From assembly GCF_018350175.1 (NCBI RefSeq), contig NC_058368.1, positions 39,248,001-39,312,000 on the forward strand: DNA of 64,000 bases, given 5' to 3'. The notes beneath the pieces are model-generated. The model did not search any database, was not told the DNA's origin, and was given only the letters and a program-made list of their open reading frames with translations. The DNA comes from Felis catus. Taxonomy: Eukaryota. How positions within the stretch are numbered: position 1 is the stretch's first letter; every line of letters starts with the position of its first letter. The translations under genes were made by a program, and so were the position numbers. Below, piece by piece: positions 53,803-64,000 of the stretch.

Positions 53803-55129
53803 GCCTTACTGTATATAACCATATTGTATGGTTTTTGCTTTAGTCAAAATCTCCAGTGTTTTTATCATGTCCACTATTTTCTATATCTCATTTAATAATC
53901 AAACACAAGAGAAATGGATGGCTTTATAGAATAAACCAAAGTCACTTTTATTTTTGCAGTTGCACTGTTGGGTGGCAGTTAAATTAAATCACAGTGTATG
54001 GGATGTGCCCAGAAGAATTTGGGCTTCTTTTATGGAACTGTGCTTTAAATTTTATCTGGTCCTTTCCACGTATCCTTCTCAGGTTGATGCAAGATTTTAG
54101 TATTAATGAAAGATACAACCTGTGTGATTATGCCAAATTTCCTACTAATGTATTTGTAATAGCAAATAAACAGTAACTTTGTTGAAATGATGCAGAACAT
54201 AGTCACCTATGGGATAGAGAAGAGGGTATAGTTTGGGCATAGCATATTTTACTCTCCTGTTAGGTAACAAGATATAATTGATGCTCATTAAAGCAGATGT
54301 CTGAAAAGTATTTGATGGATTGATAGAAGTGACATGCTCTTCGAACTAACTATGCACCTAAGAAAAAGTCTTAATTATTCCTTTTATCATAGAAAAGTCA
54401 ACGATTTTAACAATAGCTATATTATATACATTGTGATGTATATTTGATGACTCATCCTCAGAGGTGGGGACAAAGGATTTCACTAGTAGGTAAGAACATA
54501 GGAACGCCTTCTTGGCCTCCTGGGAATTAAAAATCTTGTGTTGTTACATCCAAACTCCTACTCTGCCAGTGTGGGTCCAAGTAGTGAATACAACTGACTG
54601 AACTAAAAGTCTTTTAAAATATATTAATTTAATATTTCCAGGCATTGTTCTAAGCATTTATGACCTATGTTAATCTTCATAACAAGTCAATGAGATGAGA
54701 ACAAGTTGAATAGACATTTAAGTATTTTGTCTAACTAGTGAGCAGAGTAATTGGGATTAGAATCTGGCATGTGGGGAGGGATTCTTACTGTTGTCAGTAA
54801 ACTTGATTCTTTCTCCCCTTCATGAATCTATTACCATACCTACCATAAGACTATTACCAAATGTCTGATCCCCTTAATTAAATAATCATGGTAGTTTTCT
54901 CCTCCTAGATACCTCTGCATAATTGTTTACTCTTATTGGCCTGTTTCATTTTCCATTTCATTGAATTTTCTAATTTTCTTCCTAATTTAGACACTTTTCT
55001 TATGTCTGACTCATGGGTTCCCCTTTTATTGCCATTTGATAAATGAATGCATTTTCAAAATTAAGACATCAGCCTTATATTTTTCCTAGTTTACTTTGGC
55101 AATTTCACCAATTTCCAGGTAAATAATTT

Positions 55130-55692
55130 TATTTTCAAGAGATACCAACATTTCCCATCCCAATGTTCTTTTTCAGTGTGAACCTGTCATTTCCCCAATG
55201 GGAGGTAGAATTTAATTTCCTTCTCCTTCAATCTAGACAAGTTTATAACTGCTTTGACCAACAGAATATGTGGGAAGGAAGCTATATATCTTCCAAAGGT
55301 AGGTCAAAAGAGGTATCAGCTTTAACTCTGCTCTGTTGGAACACCATTCTGAGCAAAGCTAGTTGGCAAGAAGTCTCACTACCCTGAAACTACCACTAGG
55401 TTTAATATTTCCAAGTGTAACATTTCCAGACTTTCAGTTATCGCTGCTTATGCATGAAACAGGTGGGTAGATGAATACGATTCAAATCAATAATTCAAAT
55501 CAATCAATAAAACCACTAGTGGAATACCAATGAGCCACCATAGATAATGAAATGAGAAGTAAAATCGTAGGCTTCCATATTTATCTTAAATAAGTTCCTT
55601 TCATGTCAAACCCTGCCCCTATTTCTGACCTACAGAATCTTTAAAAATAATGATTTAAGTGTAAACCATTAAATTTGAAGTGGTTTATTGTG
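55130..55692 (+). mobile_element. Old MaLR LTR (MLT1E-G-like)
   Basis: ctgctttgaccaacagaatatg...ctgacctacagaatc...ttattgtgcaac. Confidence 0.6.
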
Positions 55693-56929
55693 CAACATTA
55701 TTAACTTGAATACCCATGTATTCTAAAACCCCCATTTTACAGCTAAACTTCTAGTAATTTTCTATTCCCATCTCATCCTCCTCCTATTATGTTCTTTTTA
55801 CTTTCAAACGTTGTATTCTAAATAGTACATTTGGCACTGGACACATTAACATAAATAAGATGTAGTCTCTTCCCTCATGTCATATTTGGAAAATGTTTTA
55901 TTTGGGAAAAAAGAGCAAATATAGCAATGTTTTAGATTATGTCAATTTAGAAATAAACAAAGGCATTTGGGAGGAAATAAGAATCACAATCAATACTCAG
56001 TAGAGTTAAAATTTATTTTATTTTATGTTTGATACATTTAATGAGTGACTAATTCTATTTGTTCTACTGCTCAATTAAAATTATCCTTTCTATTTCTATT
56101 CCTAAAGTCATTGCTGTAATGCATGTATTCTCGCTGTGTGTTGTAAAGTTTCCTAAAATACAGGCAATATATTCTGTCTCAATCTCTGGATGAAATTAAG
56201 TAATTAATTAGTTAGGTGATAGAGTATTAAAAGTCATGCAATAAGATATATGAAGAAAGACAATTAAAAAGTGATCCTCAAAGGTGTGTAGAAAACCCAG
56301 AGATTGTCAGCCAGGCCAGGCCAGTATGTACAAAGACTGTGTGTACATTGTTCATATACAATGTGTTGTTGTCTTTATTATTTCATATTAAACATGTAGC
56401 TTCTATCTTGGAAAAAATAAAAAGTATCCCTCAAGTAATTCAAATATTGAATCGAGATGATAAGACAGATTAGAAAATAAGTCAGTAAATTACTTTCCAG
56501 TGGTCCTATAACTATTAATTACCACACTCCAGACTTGTGTATGCAGTCCAGAATTCTATAATGTATCATTCTAAACTAAAGAGTACATACTTCCTATAGT
56601 CATTCCTCATGCTCCAGTTCCCTAAATGATGATGTAATGAGGGCTAGATATTTATCTGAACATGCAGCAGATTTTGCACCAGAGGAGAGAAACCCCAAAG
56701 ATCCCCTAACCTTGCTCACCTCTAAATAATGATCAAATATTTCTGGGGTAAAAAGGAAAAAAAATGTCTCTAGGTTTATTACCCTTGCAGTGGAAGCAAA
56801 TGGCTCCAGGGGAGGTAAGCTTTTAAATATCACCAGAGCAATTCACTGTGTCTAACTTCAAGAGGATGAAGTTACTGGTAGAGTTTATTGTGGACCCCTG
56901 CAGCCCGCTCCACAGAGGACACCGGCAGT

Positions 56930-58255
56930 TTTTGCCACTGAGGTAACCAACAGCTGTTGCTGCCACAGACATATGGAGAGGGAAGGCTGCTGTGTGCCCC
57001 TCAGAAGGAGTGCTGTTGCACTGTCCAGGGCCAGGGTGTCCAGTCTCTCTCCCAACCACGCACACACCTCACACCTCAGAACCCTGGCTCTACCATGTGT
57101 GTCAGTACTTCAGACCCTGCTCTACAGCTGCTTAGGCACCTGAGCCACCATGTGGGGGCTACCCAGTGCCCTGGACCCTGGAGCTGCTTTCATTCTGTGG
57201 AGCACCTGCGTTCCAGTTGCCAGCACTATGGCTGTTCCACAGGCACCATGCACCAGGTGAAGTGCTCCTACCACCACTAGTGTGCCTAGTGTGCCCGCAA
57301 GCCAGACCTGCTGCCACGAGGGTCTCTCTCAGCCACCACATCCCTGTGGGAAAAAAAGAGATCAAGAGGTCCCCCACCAGCCTTTGACACAGAAGACCCT
57401 AATAGCCCTTACCACCACTACAGTTACCCGCAGCATTGGCCACTGAGAACCCCTGCACCAATCGCTAATGCTGACTTCAGCCAATGGAGATGCATGGAGA
57501 CAACACCCTTGGGTCTTTCCAGGAGCTGGAATTGCCACACCTCAGTCAGCTGACACCCTCACACTCTCCCACAGGTAAAGATCTTTCTGCACCAAAACCA
57601 ATATGTAAAGTCTAGAACAGGTGACTGCTCCATCAAATGTGGAGCCACCAACACAAGACTGTAGGAAACATGATACTACCAAGTGAACACAATAATTATA
57701 AAGCACATGAAGCCTATATGGCTTATGGGATGTTGTCAACAAAAACAATTTTTGCATTATGAAGATGCCCAAAGCGGAAAAAGAGACAGAAAACTGATTT
57801 AAAAATAAAATGTATGAAAACTACCTAAAGCTGGAGAGAGATACAGACATGCAGGTACCTGAAGCTTATATGTCTCCATGAAAATTCAACCCCAAAATGA
57901 CTACATCAAAACACATTATAATAAAACTGTCAAAAATCAAAGACAAAGAATATTGAAAGCAAAAAGAGAAAGGAAACTCATCTCATACAAGGAAACCCAC
58001 TGCAGCTATCAGCACATTTCTCAGCAGCAACCTTGCAGGCCAGGAACGAGTAGAATGATATATTCAAAGTGATTAAAGAAAAAAAAAATCAAACAAAAAT
58101 ACTTTACCCAGTAAGTCTTCCAAAATAGAGGACAGATGAAGACTTCCCAGACAAACAAAAGCTGAGGGAGCTCATGACCCCTAGATCTGCCTTACAAGAA
58201 ATGCTAAAGGGAGTTCTTTATTCTAACATAAAGGATTTTGATTAGTAACATGAAA
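56930..58255 (+). mobile_element. Old L1 5'UTR and ORF1 remnants with internal deletions
   Basis: GC-richer 5'UTR-like tract, then ORF1 C-terminal remnants (cccagacaaacaaaagctgagggag, ccttacaagaaatgctaaagggagttct). Confidence 0.8.
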
Positions 58256-60184
58256 ACAAACTGAGTTTTAGCTAACATCAAAACCTATGTTGTTAAAACT
58301 AATGATATATTTTCTTTGCAATCTAGGAAAGTTTATGGTACACCTTTTTTGATTCTATCATGAACACAGGACTATTAGGAAAAGCAAGATGACATTAAAT
58401 AGTGTTCAAAGAAATGTTTGTTTTATCAAAATAATATACTTCCATTTAAATAGCTTTGTTTAAGTGGCCTGCCATTATTCTCCTGATTACCAATTTATCA
58501 ATTTTTATGGTACATTATATATTTATATAATTCCTAGTAACTTAAAAATAAGGTTTAGCTCTATGTTACAGCTATTATTTTATCTTCATTGATTTTATTT
58601 CAAAGTACATGTGTAATAAGGGGTACTATCTGAGGAGCACAAAATATACTGCTATATTATTTTCTAAATGTTAGCTATGTTATATTTGAGAAGTCACCTG
58701 CATCTGTGGTGTTTCCTTTGAAACATGACCCTCTCTTTTTTACCTGTCATGCATTTATAACATTAAGGTAATAGTTGAGTGAGACAAAACCATTCAGACT
58801 GTATTTCATTATGGTATGGTGGGCATCAGGCAATAGTTATCCTCAAGGGCTTTAAAATGATTTCCACAGAATTGTGTCAATCGTCATCAAAAGTGAATGT
58901 GTTGAAATCAAAAGTGAGAATCTTGCTATAGTGTATCCAAGAAATAAATTTAAATAATGTTTCTCTTTGATTTTAGAATATTATATTACATAGTCTATTT
59001 TAAATTATTTGAAAAATCTTTTTTCCAAACAAACTGATATTGTCTAACCTGCATGCATAAAATTAAATTAGGGCAAACACAAAACAAAGTTATTTTCTTA
59101 ATTGCCAAACAAATTCACTGTTTCATAATCAAAGGCAGATACTCCAGGGCATGAATTGCACAGAGTTAATTCATGCTTAGGTGCATTGATGGCTCGGAGC
59201 CTTCAGCCTCATGCTTAGCAGAACACTAGGTGTGAAATATTACAACACAATTCACAACCTGTCATGTCTTATGGCTTAATTAGGAATGTTTATGATCTTG
59301 TTACTCATATTCTATCAGTAATAGACAACTAAAAAAAGAGACAAGGGACCATTATATGCAGAATAGTGTCATCATCATCGCATAAACTGAAAGCTCAAAC
59401 TGTGGTTTAATTCAGTCTGGAATGGTAACTAAAGAAATAACAAAAATAAGTATCATAGGAGAATAGAACCACACAAATACTGTGTCCAAGAAAAGAACTG
59501 TGAAGTGACATATGCATGTATTATTTGATCTCCTTATTGGATACATGAATATTTGGGTGTATTTACTGGGGTTAAAAAGACATTCAGTCTAATCATCCAA
59601 GAAAACTACATATATTCTGGAAAGGAGGAAATTGGTTTAACCCATCAACACCATAGAGGGTGTTTGACCCTTAATGCATAAACTCAAAAAAGATTTTGTT
59701 TTATTCTGTGATGATAAAACCTTCAATATTTTCAATATTTCTTATAACTTAAATGACTACCTAGTAATTTCACAACTTTTGGATTCTGTTTTTGTTTTTA
59801 TATCTATGTAGTAGTAGATAAATATTTAATAATTTACATCAGTAAAAAAATATAGTAAAGGAAAGCTCATTTTAAGACTGTTGGTGTAAAATGCACTTAC
59901 AGAATGATATGTTATAATACATCAAAAAAGATATTGGGCATGCGGTTTAGTAAATTAGGATTAAACAATATGTATACTGGAATCAGACCTGACCAAATAT
60001 GAATGTCCTATTTTTACCTGTAATATGTACTGTAGATTTAGCTTTTTTTTTTTTTTTTTTTTTTGTAGTCAGGGCAAATAGATGTTTAAATGTGTTTGTA
60101 CTGGTCAAAATGTGAGTATCTACTATGGCCTGCAAGTGCAGTAGTTGAAACCACTACTAAAAAAAGAGTCTATTGTGATTTTTT

Positions 60185-60392
60185 TAAAATTTCTTTAAGT
60201 TCATTTATTTATTTTGAGAGAGAGAGAGCAGAGAAGGGAAAAAAAGAAAGTGAGAAGAGAGAGAATCCAAAGCAGGCTCTACACTGTCAGCACAGAGCCT
60301 GACTCAGGGCTTGAACCCACAAATCATGAGATCCTGACCTGAGCTGAAATCAAGAGTTGGACGCTTAACTGACTGAGCTACCCAGGTGCCCC
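60185..60392 (-). mobile_element. CAN-SINE
   Basis: TSD agtct(a/g)ttgtgattttt. Confidence 0.93.
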
Positions 60393-60939
60393 AAAGTCTG
60401 TTGTGATTTTTTAGGCACCTCCATTTCATCCCTTAGCGCTCAGGAGTTCCGTTGTGTTTTTGGTTTTGTTTTTTTTCCTGGTCAAGAAGGGTGCTATTAT
60501 CATAGCAGGAAATGATTAAACCAGATTACTCTAACAGCTTTTGCAAAAGTGGGAAAGGCATCATTTATTTGGCAGTTTCTACTCAATCTGCATTGAATTT
60601 CCTTAAAACATTTAGAAAACGATTGTATTAATTTTAGCAACAACAACAACAACAACAAAGAAACTGTTACCAAGATATTGATGGTTTCATAAATATATTC
60701 GAATAAACTAGTATTCACTGAAATATCTAGTTCTAAAACTGACTGATTTGATTTATCTGTGTCAGCCATTATTCATCCATCCATTCATTCAACAAATATT
60801 TAGTGGGCACCTTGTAAGAAGCAGCACTGTAATATACTCCATCTATAGCAGTGAATAAACCTGGCATTCTCCCATACATTGAGCAAAATTTCAGGTTTTT
60901 AGCTCCTTTCCAATATTAAACATTAAGGTTTTCCCATTT

Positions 60940-61152
60940 AAAAAAAATTAATGTTTATTTATTTTTGAGAGAGAGAGACAGAGAGCAAGTGAAGGGGAGG
61001 GGCAGAGAGAGAGGGAGACACAGAATCCGAAGCAGGCTCCAAGCTCTGAGCTGTCCACACAGAGCCACACCTGGGGCTGGAACTCACGAACTGTGAGACC
61101 ATGACCTGAACCAAAGTGAGATGCTCAAACAACTGAGTCACCCAGGCACCCC
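60940..61152 (-). mobile_element. CAN-SINE
   Basis: Reverse SINE; diverged TSD ggttttc(c/t)cattt. Confidence 0.93.
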
Positions 61153-62313
61153 AGGGTTTTCTCATTTTTTAATACTGGAAGTATTTCATATCATCTGTGG
61201 AGTTAATATAGATACACTTTGTAACTCAATGAATTTAATCTCCAGTTGCGTTTCATCATAAGCCATATGCGTGAACCATTGTCACAGAAAAATTAGAATG
61301 ATGGACATATTTTCTCTAAACTTTTATAGTTATCAGTTTTGTTGGGTTATATAGTGTTCAAGCAATTATCCAGGAATATTGGGCAATAATAATAATCATA
61401 ATAACCATTCTTCCATATGTGAGGAATTGAGAATAGTTAAAACATTAAAACATCTTCTTTGAATGAATCAATGAAAATAGTCCTCTCTATTGATAAAATA
61501 TACTTGGTAATTTTTCAAGTACTTGTAAATTACATCATGTGTTAAGTCATAACAAAGGACATATGCAGTATTGATAGAAACATACTGCATAGGAGGAAAC
61601 TGCATTTTTGCCTTCAGTAATTCAGTTATTTTTAAACTTCATGGAGGTTTATTGGCAAAGTACAGATGTTTTTGGTTATTTTGAAGATAAAGACATATAT
61701 AATTATTTTAACATAAAGACAAAGATTTTAACTATAAGTACTCTCATAGGGAAGAAATAACAGTATCCCCAATTCCCAATTCTGGATTGCATCATCAGCT
61801 TATCTGTAGACATCAATAAGATCATCCAAAAATTGACCTTTCAAATAAATAATATACAAGACATGCCTCTTAACAACCTCTTGTCACATTAAACTCAATG
61901 AGTCAATTATAGCGTAATGTGATCTGATTATAGTCAATCCATTATTGAACTAAAAATGCATTTAAATGGATTTAAAACAAAATTAAAATGGTTTCATAGT
62001 TACAACATCATGTTTTGTTTTTCTGTTTCTTTTCCATAATCGTGCTTTCTTCTCTGCATTTAAAAATTCTCTCATATCATTATGACAGTAATATAAATTT
62101 TCATGATGTAGTGTTTGGGGGAATAATAAAATAGAGGATTCAAATTATTATTTTATGAATTTATTTAAGACTGGCAATCAATCCTGAAGTAATTTATATT
62201 ACTTCAGAATTCTTCCTGATTTATTTCAGTACTTTTTTTGAAAGTTTAATCTCAAACCTTAATTTTATTTATTTACAAGTTCCACTATACCATACTCTTG
62301 TAAGTGACTTTTT

Positions 62314-62531
62314 AAAAATTTTTTAATGTGTATTTATTTTTGAGAGAGAGAAAGAGAGAGAGTGTGAGCAGAGGAGGGGCAGAGAGAGAGGGAGACACAC
62401 AGAATCCAAAGTAGGCTCCAGGCTGTGAGCTGTCAGCACAGAGCCCGACATGGGGCCCGAACTCACAAACTGTGAGATCGTGACCTGAGCCGAAGTCAGA
62501 TGCTTAACAGACAGAGCCACCCAGGCTCCCC
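62314..62531 (-). mobile_element. CAN-SINE adjoining an L1 tail
   Basis: Reverse SINE; TSD AGTGACTTTT. Confidence 0.94.
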
Positions 62532-62541
62532 AGTGACTTTT

Positions 62542-63435
62542 TTTTTTTAAATACAATTTATTGTCAAATTGGTGTTCATACAATACCCAGTGCTTATCCC
62601 AACAAGTGCCCTCCTCAATGTCTATCACCCACTTTCCCTTCTCCCTCACCCTCCATCAACCCTGTTTGTTCTCAGTATTCACGAGTTTATGGTTTCCCTT
62701 ATGGTTTGCCTCCCTCCCTCTCTGTAACTTTTTTCCCCTTCCCTTCCCCCTCCCCAATAGGTTTCTGTTAAGTTTCTCAGGATCCACATAAGAGTGAAAA
62801 TATATGGTATCTGTCTTTCTCTGTATGACTTAGCATAACACTCTCCAGTTCCATCCACGTTGCTACAAAAGGCCATATTTCATTCTTCCTCATTGCCATG
62901 TAGTATTCCATTGTATATATAAACCACAATTTCTTTATCCATTCATCACTTGATGGGCATTTAGGCTCTTTCCATAATTTGGCTATTGTTGAAAGTGCTG
63001 CTATAAACATTGGGGTACAAGTGCCCCTGTGCATCAGTACTCCTGTATCCCTTGGGTAAATTCCTAGCAGTGCTGTTTCTGGGTCATAGGGTAGATCTAG
63101 TTTTAAGTTTTTGAGGAACCTCCACACTGTTTTCCAGAGTGGCTGCACCAGTTTGCATTCCCACCAACAGTGCAAGAGGGTTCCCGTTTCTCCACATCCT
63201 CGCCAGCATCTGTAGTTTCCTGAGTTGTTCATTTTAGTCACTCTGACTGGTGTGAGGTAGTATCTCAGTGTGGCTTTGGTTTGTATTTCCCCGATGATGA
63301 GTGACGTTGAACATTGTTTCATGTGTCTATTGGCCATCTGGATTTTTTCTTTGGAAAAGTGTCTATTCATATCTTCTGCCCATTCCTTCACTGGATTATT
63401 TGTTTTTTGGGTGTGGAGTTTGGTGAGTTCTTTTA
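62542..63435 (-). mobile_element. 5'-truncated felid L1 (ORF2 C-terminal about 200 aa and 3'UTR)
   Basis: ORF 62777-63391 with the [18 protein letters not shown] motif; TSD AGTGACTTTT. Confidence 0.96.
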
Positions 63436-64000
63436 TAAGTGACTTTTAAAACTGCTAGTTTGTATAAGGAGAATTCATACAATCATCTTTCCAACACATA
63501 TATTTAAATATTAGTTTGTAGTCTTAAACGAAAGGAAAAATAATTCACATATCAATATAAAAAGATCCATGATTATTTTATAAGAAGTATTTTATATTTC
63601 AAAGTTTATTTCATAAACATTATTACTATACCACATTTTTTCATCTTCATATTTAGAGGCCAATTGAAACAACAGACACTGGGATTTTAGCACAGTATGA
63701 AGAGAATTAATTATGCATCTCCAATTAAGGCCAATTAGAGTTGTACTTCCACTCCCTTGCACACCATGCAAAAACTCTACCCAAAGTGTCTAATATGTAG
63801 AAAGTTCATTAACGTTAAGTTTGGTTTCCATGTCTATTATCATCTCCTGTGGTGTGTACATTACTAAAATGTAATGGAAATTATCTATTAGAGATGTATA
63901 ACATCTAAAACTATCATTTATAGGGACTTTAAATATGAAACTATACATTAACATTAGTAACATTTCTAGGCTTTTGCAAAATATTTCAGGAAGTTTGGAT

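Noticed and set aside
56823..57387. GC-richer tract with several ORFs, possible CpG island or exon
   Set aside because: CpG-depleted and continuous with L1 ORF1 remnants; best explained as an old L1 5'UTR

Overview
AT-rich, repeat-dense mammalian genomic DNA from a cat-family (Felidae/feliform) carnivore, judged from about 21 tRNA-derived CAN-SINEs (SINEC_Fc type) and felid-type LINE-1. I could not support any exon of an intact protein-coding gene; the window looks intergenic or deep intronic. Recognisable content: a full-length RPL19 processed pseudogene, a 5'-truncated SP3 processed pseudogene, a 3'-truncated U6 snRNA retrocopy, a young 5 kb L1 with a twin-priming 5' inversion, four short young L1 3' fragments, old L1/L2/MIR/MaLR/ERV-LTR/DNA-transposon remnants, and microsatellites. 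The most informative signals are retrotransposition footprints. Two loci carry three copies of one target-site duplication (TSD), implying reuse of the same insertion site. The U6 copy is tailless and appears primed by microhomology. One L1 inversion joins exactly at a codon boundary and another is only about 20 bp long. I found no evidence for a wholly new biological system. Repeat subfamily names come from recalled consensus similarity, not from a search.
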